Shown in pieces: positions 23,226 to 32,586 of a DNA stretch of 32,586 bases. The stretch's first letter is position 1, and every line of letters starts with the position of its first letter. The notes below the pieces were generated by a model that did not search any database, had not been told where the DNA came from, and saw nothing but the letters and a program-made list of their open reading frames with translations. The DNA is from Betaproteobacteria bacterium (GTDB lineage Bacteria > Pseudomonadota > Gammaproteobacteria > Burkholderiales > Burkholderiaceae_C): the NCBI GenBank assembly GCA_009922295.1, contig RFWA01000001.1:1-32586 (forward strand), given 5' to 3'. Both the position numbers and the translations under genes were made by a program.

Positions 23226-24437
23226 TCACCAATTCCAGAGCGTGCCGTCATGCGCCAGTCGGTTGACCGGCAAATAGGCCCGCTGGTAGGGGTACTTGGC
23301 TGCCAAGGCCTCATCGATGTCAACGCCATGACCGATGGCTTCGCCACAGTGCATCAGGCCTGCTGCAAAGCTGTAGGCGTGAGGGAACACCGCGTCGGTC
23401 AACTCGGTGTGGCGCATGTACTCTTGAATGCCAAAATTAGGGACCCAGGTGTCAAAGTGCAGCGCCGCACCCATGCACACCGGCGACAGATCAGTCGCAC
23501 CATGGCATCCGGTGCGCACTTGGTGAAGGGCTGCAAAGTCGGCGATGCGGCGCAAGTGCGTGATGCCGCCAGCATGGACCACGGTGGCGCGAATGTAGTC
23601 GATCAATTGGTTCTGAATCAGGTCCTTGCAGTCCCACAGGGTGTTGAACACCTCGCCCACCGCCAGCGGCGTGGTGGTGTGCTGTCGGATCAGCTTGAAG
23701 GCTTCCTGGTTTTCGGCTGGTGTCGCGTCCTCGATCCAGAAGAGGTGATGGGGCTCGAGTGCCTTGCCCAGGCGGGCAGCCTCGATCGGTGTCAGACGGT
23801 GGTGCACGTCATGCAGTAAATGCGTGTCTGGTCCTACGGCTGCACGCACGGCTTCAAACAACTTGGGGGTGTGCAACAGGTACTTTTCAGAGGACCAATC
23901 GTGCTCGCTGGGCAGGTCGGCATCGGCGGGCTCATAAAACATATTGCCCTTGCCCACCCCATACACCTTGTCCAGGCCTGGCACCCCACTTTGAGCGCGA
24001 ATCGCCAAATAACCCATGGCCTTGTAGCGCAGGACCTCGTCCACCGTGTGTTCTATGTCTGCGCCATTGGCATGGCCGTAGACCATGACGCCGGTCCGGC
24101 TGCGCCCGCCCAGCAACTGGTACAGCGGCATGTTGGCCGCCTTGGCCTTGATGTCCCACAGTGCGGTGTCCACCGCGGCAATGGCACTCATGGTGACCGG
24201 GCCGCGACGCCAATAGGCGCCACGGTACAAAAACTGCCAAATGTCCTCAATCTGGTGGGCGTCCCGCCCGATCAGGCAGGGAATCACGTGGTCGGTGAGG
24301 TAGCTCACCACCGACAGCTCGCGGCCATTGAGCGTGGCATCGCCAATGCCGGTCAGCCCTTCATCGGTCTCGATCTTGAGGGTGACAAAGTTGCGGCCGG
24401 GGCTGCAAACAATCACGCGGGCGTTGGTAATTTTCAT
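23226..24437 (-). CDS. manD: D-mannonate dehydratase family enzyme (ManD/RspA, enolase superfamily)
   Basis: [61 protein letters not shown] and [10 protein letters not shown]. Confidence 0.93.
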   Translation of the reverse strand: MKITNARVIVCSPGRNFVTLKIETDEGLTGIGDATLNGRELSVVSYLTDHVIPCLIGRDAHQIEDIWQFLYRGAYWRRGPVTMSAIAAVDTALWDIKAKAANMPLYQLLGGRSRTGVMVYGHANGADIEHTVDEVLRYKAMGYLAIRAQSGVPGLDKVYGVGKGNMFYEPADADLPSEHDWSSEKYLLHTPKLFEAVRAAVGPDTHLLHDVHHRLTPIEAARLGKALEPHHLFWIEDATPAENQEAFKLIRQHTTTPLAVGEVFNTLWDCKDLIQNQLIDYIRATVVHAGGITHLRRIADFAALHQVRTGCHGATDLSPVCMGAALHFDTWVPNFGIQEYMRHTELTDAVFPHAYSFAAGLMHCGEAIGHGVDIDEALAAKYPYQRAYLPVNRLAHDGTLWNW

Positions 24438-24482
24438 TAGTTTGCGCTTTCTTTCGGTGTTATCGAATACCCGGTATACCCG

Positions 24483-25624
24483 TCAGATCATAGATTGGCC
24501 GCCGAGCCAAACACCCGTGAGTTGGGGCGCAACCATCGTCGTGTCCCAATTGAATCGAATCAAGTCGGCGGGTTGCCCAGGTGCCAGCAGGCCGCGGCCG
24601 CCGACCCAGCGTCCGGGTTGTACCGTCGCCAGGCCAAGCGCGTCCGACAGGCCCAAACCACCATCGCGCACCAGGTTCGCCACACCAGCCAGCAAGGGCA
24701 GCGCTGCGCCTGCCAGGTACTGGTCACTGCCATCGTTCATGCTCAAGCGACCACTGGCACTCAATGTCACGGCGCCACCAATAGAAGCTTGGTAGTGGCC
24801 GGCTGACATTCCGCCGATCGCGGTCGCATCTGAGACGATCATGGATTGCCCCAAGCCCTTGCTTCGCAACATGACCTTGAGCAGGTCGGGCGCCAGGTGG
24901 TGCCCGTCGGCAATGAAGGAGGCACAGAGCCGGTCATCAACCAACTGGGCCCAGAATGGGTTTCGCCGGCGATTGATCATGGCGTACATGCCGTTACCCA
25001 GATGCGTGGAAATGCGTGCCCCGGCATCAACCGCCGCGGCAATCTGGGCTGGGCTGGCATCGGTGTGCCCAAGCGCCACGTGCACGCCCGAGGCGACCAA
25101 ATGTGAAATATAGGCCGCAGACTCAGGCCAGTGCGGCGACAGGGTGACCATGCCCACCACAGAGCCACTGGCCTGTTGCCATCGGTCAAATTCAGCGACG
25201 CTGGGTGGGCGAACATGCGCGGCCGGATGGGCGCCACGCGGACCGTCCTCGGGCGCGATGCCATGTTTGCCACGACAGGGTCCAGGCTCCGCGCCGCCTG
25301 CACTGCCACCAGTGCCTTTGTCAGCTGCGCCTCAGACGCCGTGATCAGGGTCGGTAAAAAAGTAGTGACGCCGCTGGCCAGCATGGCTCGTGCCAGCGCC
25401 TGCACCGTCTCAGGGATGACCTGGTCATCGTTGAGGTCGTACCCGGCGTAGCCGTTGACCTGCAAATCAATCAGGCCGGCCGCCAGCCAGCCTTGTCCTG
25501 TTGCTGGCACAGCCGCTGGCGCCCTGTGCACCGCATGGATCAGTCCGTCTTTGACCTCGACCGTCAGTGACTGACCCGTGCCCGGCTCCAGGCCATAGAC
25601 CGTGGTTGTTGATGCCAGCGCCAC
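24483..25624 (-). pseudogene. NagA-like N-acetylhexosamine deacetylase (amidohydrolase), frameshifted near 25260
   Basis: The 5' frame has LIDLQVNGYAG and GVTTFLPTLIT. The 3' frame has IAPEDGPRGAH, ALGHT, THLGNG, IADGHH, VSDA and LAGA. The expected HxEGP motif is missing at the frame switch. Confidence 0.85.
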
Positions 25625-25627
25625 GCC

Positions 25628-26386
25628 TCAGAGCCTCGACGCCGGCCGTTGCAACAGGCCACTGGCTGCCGCCGTATCCAGCAAGATCATGCAGTTGGGG
25701 TGTAGCTGGACGATGGAGGCCGGACAGGCCGGGTCCACCGGGCCTTCGACCGCCCGCTTGACGGCCGCTGCCTTGCGCTGGTCAGGGATGGTCAGTAACA
25801 GGGTGTTGCTGCGCATGATCTGCTTGATCGACATGGAGATCGCCTGCGTGGGCACCTCTGCCAAGCTTGGGAACCAGCCCTCGCCCCACTGCTGTCGGCG
25901 GCAGCCTTCGTCCAGATTCACCACGATGTAAGGGTCCTGAACCTCAAAATCCGCCGGTGGGTCATTGAATGCCAGGTGCCCGTTTTCGCCAATGCCAGCA
26001 AAACATAAGTCCACAGGCCGGCCCGCCAACAACGCATTGAGACGCGCCAACTCGACTGTCAGGTCCGGCGCGTCGCCATTCACGGGAACAAATGTCGGCT
26101 GCACAGCCAAGGGCGCCAGGAAGCGTTGGCGCAAATAAAGCCTGAAACTGGCTGGGTGTGTTTCTGGCAAATTAATGTATTCATCCAGATGAAAAGCTGT
26201 CACACGCGACCAATCGATGTCGGGTTCGCGCACCAGTGCCTCCAGCAAGGCGAACTGGCTCGCCCCAGTGGCCACGATGATCGTGGCTTCACCGCGTCGC
26301 GCCAAGGCCTCCCGTATCACCGCCGCACCGAATTTGGCGGCTTCGCGGCCCAGGTCAGCGGCCTTGTCGATCAGTTGAATTTGCAC
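25628..26386 (-). CDS. NagB-like glucosamine-6-phosphate deaminase family protein
   Basis: ATGASQ, FHLDEY, HPASF, GIGENGHLAFNDPP and PASIVQLHP. Start estimated at GTG 26386 after AGAGAG. Confidence 0.88.
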   Translation of the reverse strand: MQIQLIDKAADLGREAAKFGAAVIREALARRGEATIIVATGASQFALLEALVREPDIDWSRVTAFHLDEYINLPETHPASFRLYLRQRFLAPLAVQPTFVPVNGDAPDLTVELARLNALLAGRPVDLCFAGIGENGHLAFNDPPADFEVQDPYIVVNLDEGCRRQQWGEGWFPSLAEVPTQAISMSIKQIMRSNTLLLTIPDQRKAAAVKRAVEGPVDPACPASIVQLHPNCMILLDTAAASGLLQRPASRL

Positions 26387-26400
26387 AATGCTGTCTCTCT

Positions 26401-27276
26401 TTATTGGGTTGGGGTCGTCTGCTTGACCCGGCTGACCAACTGCGTCGGGTTGACAAACCGCAGCGCAATCAGCAACCACAGCAGCGTGATGATCATGTAA
26501 ATAACGGCCATGGCGTCAATCGATTGGACAGCCCGCACACCCGATGCGAACACAGCGTAGTACAGCGCCACGACCAGCGTCTGACTGGTCGGGCCGGCGG
26601 TCAAAAAGGTGAGCTCAAACATCGCGATTGTGCGAACCATGACCAGCAACAGTGCCGCCAGCACCCCCGGCGCCAGCATCGGGACGAGCACCCGGACAAA
26701 CAATTGGAAGGTGCTGGCGCCAAACACCCTGGCGGCTGATTCGATTTTGGGGTCGATCTGCTCGATGAACGGAATCATCACCAAAATGACAAAGGGAACG
26801 GTGGGCACCAGGTTGGCCAGGATAACGCCCCAGATCGTGCCCCCAGGGCCTAATTGATAGAGCACCGTGGCCAGTGGGATACCGTAAGACACGGGCGGCA
26901 CCATCAGGGGCACCAGAAACAGCAGCATGACCCAGCGCTTGCCGGGGAACTCTCGGCGGGCCATAGCGTAGGCCGCCGGCACCCCCAGTAATCCCGCCAG
27001 CAGGGCCACCGCCGCCACGACCCCAAAAGTGGTGATCAGGATGTCGCCCAGTTGAAATTCAGCCCAAGCGGACGAGTACCAGCGCAAGGTCCACCCTTCG
27101 GGCAACCAGGAGCGCAACCAACGGGTGGCAAAGGAGCTGACCACGACGCTGCTTATCAGCGCCAACAAATTGAGCACAAACCACCCAACGAGGGCCCAGA
27201 CCGCATACACCCACAAGGTCGCGCCAGTGCTTCGCAGGCCTTGGAAGGCCCTGAATTGTCCCAAGAACGAGCGCAT
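26401..27276 (-). CDS. ABC transporter permease (PotC-like)
   Basis: WTLRWY, ESAARVFGAS and FELTF; TM-rich. Confidence 0.9.
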   Translation of the reverse strand: MRSFLGQFRAFQGLRSTGATLWVYAVWALVGWFVLNLLALISSVVVSSFATRWLRSWLPEGWTLRWYSSAWAEFQLGDILITTFGVVAAVALLAGLLGVPAAYAMARREFPGKRWVMLLFLVPLMVPPVSYGIPLATVLYQLGPGGTIWGVILANLVPTVPFVILVMIPFIEQIDPKIESAARVFGASTFQLFVRVLVPMLAPGVLAALLLVMVRTIAMFELTFLTAGPTSQTLVVALYYAVFASGVRAVQSIDAMAVIYMIITLLWLLIALRFVNPTQLVSRVKQTTPTQ

Positions 27277-29162
27277 CAACCCTTGCCTCCGACCACCGGC
27301 CCGCGGTACACCAATGAGCGCAGCGACAGCACAGCGACCACCACAGCGAGTTGCACGACGCCCATCAGCATCGCGATCGCAGACGCCATAGACTCGTCGT
27401 ACTCTTCAAATGCCGCGTGATAGGCGGCCAACGAAATGACCCGGGTGGCATCGGCCGGCTCGCCCACCAGCACTGCGGACGGGAAGACAGAAAAAGCCTG
27501 AACGAAAGACAGGCAAAAGGTCATGCTAAGGCCCGGTATCAGCAGGGGTAAAAAAATATACCGAAAGCGCGCGGCCGGCCGGGCGCCCAGTGTGGCTGCA
27601 GCGTGTTCCAGGGCCGGGTCAATACCCGTCACATGGGAGAGTGTCAGCAAAAAGGTGAACGGAAAGCCCGTGATCAGCAGCGACAGCAGGACGCCCCAGT
27701 AATTGTGGGTCAGCTTGACCTGGCTGCTGAGCAGGCCAAACTGCATCAGGGTCCGATTGAACCAGCCTTGCGGACCAAAATAGCCCAGCATGCCCTCCGC
27801 GACCAGCACGGTCCCGAGTGTCATGGGCAATACCAACAAGGTGGTGAGCAACCTTTGCCGCTGCATCAGCCGAACCCGCATGGCAACAGGCACGGCCAGC
27901 AACAGACTCAAAATCGTCACCGGAAACGCCAGCGCCAGCGTCTTGCCCAGGGTGTCGAACAAGAAGGGGTCCCCGAAAAAGCGCTGGTAGTTGGACAGCC
28001 AGCCGCCAACTTTAGGTTGAAAAGAAAGAACCAGCCCATAGGCAAACGGGTAGACAAACAGACCCAGCAGCAGCAGCACAGCAGGCAACACCAGCAAAGT
28101 GCTGCCGTCGATGCCATGGCGCGTGACGGCGTCGCCGATGCGAACCGCGTGGTCGACCGAAAAATACACCGTCTGCCCATCGGCGGTCTTACCAGTGGCC
28201 TGGAAACCCCGACCCCGGTATTCGGTCATCTCAACCACAGCCGAGATCCCAGGTAGCCCCTGCGGCTGAACGGTGAGATCGTCCGGACGGACAGCCAAGA
28301 CCACCCTATCCCCCAAACTGCCATGGCGCGCGCGGCCTGTCAGCGTCTCTGCGGCACCGCCAGCACCACTGACTGCCACGCTAACACGCTGGCCCTGCTG
28401 CATTTGCACCCTGCCGGTCAATCGGTTACGGAAGCCCATGAAATCAGCGACCGCCAGGTCAACGGGCAAGTCATACAAATCGGAGGGGCTGCCAACCTGC
28501 TGCACCTGGCCGTCACGCATCACGACGATGCGGTCGGCCAGGGACAGGGCCTCCTCTTGGTCGTGGGTCACATAAACCGTGGTCGCGTGCTGCTGCATGT
28601 GGATGCGCCGTATCTCTTGGCGCATCTCCAGTCGCAACTTGGCATCCAGGTTGGACAGGGGCTCATCCATCAACACCAGCGACGGCTCGATCGCAATGGC
28701 GCGGGCAATCGCAACCCGTTGCTGCTGGCCGCCCGACAACTGGCCGGGCAGCTTGTGGGCCTGCTCCTGCATGCGCACCAGAGCCACGGCGGCTTCCACC
28801 CGACGGCTCAGCTCGGCCCCGGGCACGCCACGCATGCGCAAGCCAAAGCCGATGTTGTCGCGCACCGTCATGTGCGGAAACAGCGCATAGTTCTGAAAGA
28901 CCATGCCAAAACCCCGGTCCTCGGTTTTCAGCAGGTCAATGCGCTGGTCGTCAAGCCGAATGGTGCCACCGGTCATGGGCAACAAGCCCGCAATGCAATT
29001 CAGTGCCGTCGACTTGCCACAACCCGACGGCCCCAAAAGTGCAACAAATTCCCCCCGCTGAATATCGAGCGTGATCCCGTTGAGCGCCTTGAAGTCGCCA
29101 AAGGTCCGCGCCATGCCCTCAACATGCAGCGTGCGAAAGTTTTGTCCGGTCTGCAACATCAT
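27276..29162 (-). CDS. In-frame fusion of ABC ATPase (about aa 1-346) and PotB-like permease (about 282 aa)
   Basis: N-terminal GPSGCGKST/LSGGQQQR/MDEPLSNLD ATPase joins at ...IGDAVT|RHGIDG... to a TM domain with EHAAATLGA. No stop or RBS at the junction. Confidence 0.85.
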   Translation of the reverse strand: MMLQTGQNFRTLHVEGMARTFGDFKALNGITLDIQRGEFVALLGPSGCGKSTALNCIAGLLPMTGGTIRLDDQRIDLLKTEDRGFGMVFQNYALFPHMTVRDNIGFGLRMRGVPGAELSRRVEAAVALVRMQEQAHKLPGQLSGGQQQRVAIARAIAIEPSLVLMDEPLSNLDAKLRLEMRQEIRRIHMQQHATTVYVTHDQEEALSLADRIVVMRDGQVQQVGSPSDLYDLPVDLAVADFMGFRNRLTGRVQMQQGQRVSVAVSGAGGAAETLTGRARHGSLGDRVVLAVRPDDLTVQPQGLPGISAVVEMTEYRGRGFQATGKTADGQTVYFSVDHAVRIGDAVTRHGIDGSTLLVLPAVLLLLGLFVYPFAYGLVLSFQPKVGGWLSNYQRFFGDPFLFDTLGKTLALAFPVTILSLLLAVPVAMRVRLMQRQRLLTTLLVLPMTLGTVLVAEGMLGYFGPQGWFNRTLMQFGLLSSQVKLTHNYWGVLLSLLITGFPFTFLLTLSHVTGIDPALEHAAATLGARPAARFRYIFLPLLIPGLSMTFCLSFVQAFSVFPSAVLVGEPADATRVISLAAYHAAFEEYDESMASAIAMLMGVVQLAVVVAVLSLRSLVYRGPVVGGKG

Positions 29163-30367
29163 TTGGCGCGTTTAGCCCCCACCAATTGATCCCACATCCG
29201 GAAAGCCACCACCATTTTGGTGGTGTCGAGTGGCAATTCAATCGGGTTGCTGGCAATCAGGCTGGCATATTCAGGACGACCAAACTCACGGATCACATCC
29301 TGACTGCGCTTGGGTGCCAGGCTCAAGGGCACGTTCTTGACCGCTGGCCCCGGATACAGGTAGCCCTCGTCGTAAGAAATTGCCTGCATTTCGGGCTTGA
29401 GGATATGCGCCATCACGTCCAGCGTCACGGCCAAACGGTCGTTCGAGATGCCTTTGGGAATGCACATGAAGAACGCGTCTGAGACCCAATGGAAGCCCTT
29501 AAGCGTCCCGATGGCAGCCGATTTGGGCACGATACCCAAAGCACGCGGGTTGATGTCCCAGCCGGTGGTCGAGATGACGATGTCGCGGGAACCTTCACCA
29601 AACTCCTTCATGGTCGCACCCGTACCAGCGGGGTAGTACTCCACATATTTGCCCAACTCTTGCAGGTAGGCCCAGGTTTTTTCCCATCCTGCCACAGGGT
29701 CTGACGGGTCTTTGTCTTTGAGGAGGTAGGGCAGGCCCATCATGAAGGTGCGCCCAGGGCCCGAGTTGGCCGGGCGGGCATACATAAACCTGTTGGGATT
29801 GGCCTTGGCCCAGGCCAGCAGCTCGTCGGCGGTGGTCGGCACATTTTTGACACGTTCAGGCGCGTACTCAATCAGGGGACCCGAAGGGTAATAGTTGCAC
29901 ACCACGCCAAAGCCACGGCCCTGCACTTTGTGCAGCCTCAAGGCAGCCGGCTCGTAATTCGCCTCCAGATTAGGAAACTTGACGTCGTGCTCGGGCAATA
30001 TCTTGAGCCACAGATCTTGCTCCAATCCCGATGCGAGGCCGTCACTGCCGGTGAGCACCAGATCAATGTCCAGCCGCCCAGCCGCCTGCTGCACTTTGAG
30101 TTTGCTAGCCAGCTCGGGGGCCGGTGCTTTGATAAAGCCGATCCGCGAGACATACTGGCCGCGGGTGTTTTTGTAGTCTTCAAACGCTGGCTGAATCAAG
30201 GCCAGGGCACCGCCTACGTCCATCACGTTGATGGCCACCGGCTGCTTGGGCAGGTCCGGGCTCGCGGCGTGGGCCGCAGTGGGCAAACCAACAACGCCGG
30301 CCAATGCGCCGCCGGACAGGCCACGCAAGAAATTCCGACGATCGAATTCACTGGAAAAATCAGTCAT
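29159..30367 (-). CDS. ABC transporter substrate-binding protein with twin-arginine signal
   Basis: AGGAG before ATG 30367; DRRNFL Tat motif and AHA cleavage site; ARPANSGPGRTF and WDINPR. Confidence 0.9.
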   Translation of the reverse strand: MTDFSSEFDRRNFLRGLSGGALAGVVGLPTAAHAASPDLPKQPVAINVMDVGGALALIQPAFEDYKNTRGQYVSRIGFIKAPAPELASKLKVQQAAGRLDIDLVLTGSDGLASGLEQDLWLKILPEHDVKFPNLEANYEPAALRLHKVQGRGFGVVCNYYPSGPLIEYAPERVKNVPTTADELLAWAKANPNRFMYARPANSGPGRTFMMGLPYLLKDKDPSDPVAGWEKTWAYLQELGKYVEYYPAGTGATMKEFGEGSRDIVISTTGWDINPRALGIVPKSAAIGTLKGFHWVSDAFFMCIPKGISNDRLAVTLDVMAHILKPEMQAISYDEGYLYPGPAVKNVPLSLAPKRSQDVIREFGRPEYASLIASNPIELPLDTTKMVVAFRMWDQLVGAKRAK

Positions 30368-30553
30368 TAACCATCTCCTGGAAAGGATAAACGCCACCAT
30401 GCTCTGCATCCAAATTGACGCATCGTCTGCGATTTTAGAACTAGTAAGTTTTTAAATCAATCGCTAAACGCCCAACATCGGGTTTATCCTTATGTCAGCG
30501 AATTATTCGTGAAACTTCCCCCTTAACAAACACGGTCGTCTTAAAATTTAGCC

Positions 30554-31795
30554 ATGCCTAAACTGACCCAGCTGTCGCCGCTGAAGACCCCGCATCGGAT
30601 GGGTCCAGCGAGCGCGACATTTGAGCCGCCGGCATGGGTTGAATGGCTGGGAATAACCGGCCAAGGCGGTGCAGCCCTGGCATTTGTGTCAATTTTGATG
30701 GGGGTTGCCACATCAAGAATCGCTATTTCCAAACATTTGCGGGTGCGATCAACCACGGTGTCAGCATGGGTTGCTGCCATGGTCAAAGCCCAACTGGTCA
30801 CCGAATTGCCCAGCAGGCCCGGTGGTCGTGGTAGGCCCCTGGGCCAGTTGATCGCCAATCCCAACCGCCTGGCCGTGGCCGTCTTGATGGTGCACAGCCA
30901 GGCACTGCACCTGGTCACAGTCAACCTGCTGGGACAGGAAATCTGGCACGACAGCGCCGTTGTCGACCCCCAGGGTGATAACGCAGCCATGGACGCCATA
31001 CTCACAGCGCTGCAGCAACGTGCCCTGGCGGCGCTCCACATGGTGGGCATCAGCTACGCATTAGCAGGGCTGATCAACGTCGACGAGGCCAATTGGGTAT
31101 TTGCCGCGCGTTGGCCGGGCATCAGAAACTTTAAGCTAACAGCCCTCCCAGTGCCTGCCGGAGGCGCACTGAATGTTGTCCGCAACATGGACGCGCAACT
31201 GCGAGCCAGGTGCATCCGCCGGGGAACTGGGGGAACCACGGAGCGCACGCTGATGCTGCATTGGGGCTACGGCATCGGGGCCGCCTTCAGCGCAAGCCAT
31301 GGGGCCAGTGTTGACAACACCACTGGCTTTGGAGAGGTCGGCCATTGGCAGTTGTCCAACCGAAACCTGCGATGCAGGTGCGGACACAGCGGCTGCCTAG
31401 AAACGGTGGCTGCCCTATGGGCGATCGGGCCCCAATTGCTGGGGGAGAGCTTTGATGACGCAATGGACGAAACACAGGCCGCTGAATTGCTGCGCGCCAT
31501 GCCGCTGACCGAGCACCCGGCCTTTCGCCTGGCGCTGCAAGAGGTGGTCTTGGCCGCCAGCAACCTATGCCGGGTGTTTTTCCCGAGCCACCTCGTGATC
31601 ACAGGCCCGTTTATTGAAAACCCGGGCGCGTGGGCCGCCTTTACCGAGGCGTTTTCAAAGCGCGGCCTGCTGGTCGATTTGCCCTTGCCCCGGCTGGAGG
31701 CTCAAAACAGCAGCCATCAGCTCGAACAGGAGGGGGCTGCAGTGCCGCTGCTGTTGGATGGCCTGCTGCAGTTGCTTGAGCCAAGCGCGGTATGA
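30554..31795 (+). CDS. ROK-family (NagC/XylR-like) transcriptional regulator
   Basis: N-terminal HTH (SRIAISKHLRVRSTTVS), GRGRP linker, GYGIG, GEVGH and the zinc motif CRCGHSGCLE. Confidence 0.88.
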   Translation: MPKLTQLSPLKTPHRMGPASATFEPPAWVEWLGITGQGGAALAFVSILMGVATSRIAISKHLRVRSTTVSAWVAAMVKAQLVTELPSRPGGRGRPLGQLIANPNRLAVAVLMVHSQALHLVTVNLLGQEIWHDSAVVDPQGDNAAMDAILTALQQRALAALHMVGISYALAGLINVDEANWVFAARWPGIRNFKLTALPVPAGGALNVVRNMDAQLRARCIRRGTGGTTERTLMLHWGYGIGAAFSASHGASVDNTTGFGEVGHWQLSNRNLRCRCGHSGCLETVAALWAIGPQLLGESFDDAMDETQAAELLRAMPLTEHPAFRLALQEVVLAASNLCRVFFPSHLVITGPFIENPGAWAAFTEAFSKRGLLVDLPLPRLEAQNSSHQLEQEGAAVPLLLDGLLQLLEPSAV

Positions 31796-32585
31796 GCGCG
31801 GATCCAAAGGCTCAGGGCCTGCCAAGCATTGGGCTCCGTGGGCCGGACGGGGCGCAAGCCCGCATCCTGCTGCAGGGCGCTCAACTTTTGTCCTGGATGC
31901 CCGTCGACGCCGGCGAGCAGCTCTACCTGTCACCCGCTTCGGTACTGCAAGCGGGCAGCCCGGTGCGGGGTGGTGTGCCCGTGGTGTTTCCCCAATTTGC
32001 CAAGCTCGGCCCTCTGGCCCAACACGGGTTTGCGCGCACTCGGCCCTGGCACCTGGACCAGGCCAACAGCGACGCAAACACGGCGGTGCTGAGCTTGAGC
32101 GACGATGCCGACACGAGAGGGCTGTGGCCGCACCAGTTCACATTGGGCTTGCGCATTCACGTCTCGGGGCGCGAATTGCATCTGGAGCTCAGTTGCCTGA
32201 ACACCGGGACGACCGCCTTCGACTTTACCGGTGCCCTGCATACTTACTTGGCCTTAAGCGACATCGACCAAGCCAAGGTCCTTGGCCTCGAGGGCCTGCC
32301 CTATGTCGATGCGGTCGACTCAACCGTGTCTATCGCCAATGCCAGCCAGACCTGCTGCTGCTCGAACAACAGGGCGAGGCACTGCGCCAAATTGCCATCC
32401 GTCAACTGGGCTTTTCAGACGTCGTGGTCTGGAACCCTGGTGAAACGATGTGCGCCACACTGCCAGATATGGCGCCGCAGGGCTACAGGAATATGCTGTG
32501 CATCGAGGCCGCACAGCTCAGCCAGCCAGTGCACCTTGAGCCAGGACAACGCTGGATCGGCTCGCAAAGCCTGCATTTGCTGTAA
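31792..32585 (+). pseudogene. D-hexose-6-phosphate mutarotase (YeaD/aldose 1-epimerase family), frameshifted near 32319
   Basis: Manual translation from ATG 31792 gives GAQLLSW, LYLS, VRGGVPVVFPQF, HGFAR and ALHTY. The C-terminal NRVY, DVVVWNPG and MLCIEAA lie in a different frame that ends at TAA 32585. Confidence 0.85.
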
Positions 32586-32586
32586 A

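Noticed and set aside
25256-28118. Identical 10-mer CGATGCCATG near two deletion junctions (25256-25265 and 28109-28118)
   Set aside because: In the fusion it seems to lie inside retained permease sequence, it is absent at the third junction, and a chance match is plausible.
30368-30553. ROK operator in the divergent intergenic region
   Set aside because: AT-rich and probably regulatory, but I could not find a convincing palindrome.
25250-32330. Programmed ribosomal frameshifting in the nagA-like or mutarotase genes
   Set aside because: No slippery run at either site, and conserved residues are physically missing.

Overview
GC-rich betaproteobacterial (Comamonadaceae-like; inferred from gene order and protein style) chromosomal segment with two parts. 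1-15.5 kb is housekeeping: purL (3' part runs off the window), map, glnD, def, ligA, a ZipA-like gene, smc, a DMT transporter and dusA. 15.5-32.6 kb holds two convergent catabolic clusters. Cluster 1 is an IclR regulator, a PotA-family ABC importer and a three-subunit flavin/Fe-S amine dehydrogenase (opine/D-hydroxyproline dehydrogenase or HcnABC-like) of unknown substrate. Cluster 2 is a ROK regulator, an ABC importer, NagB-like, NagA-like, ManD/RspA dehydratase and a hexose-6-P mutarotase, with no sugar kinase in the window. Main observations: (1) a codon-aligned 69-bp palindromic element (perfect 21-bp arms) translated inside PurL; (2) a second repeat-like motif embedded in both purL and ligA; (3) a possible kinase-free N-acetylhexosaminuronate catabolic pathway (hypothesis); (4) three apparent short deletions confined to cluster 2, which frameshift nagA and the mutarotase and fuse an ABC ATPase to a permease. 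No RNA genes, CRISPR arrays, transposases or integrases were recognised.
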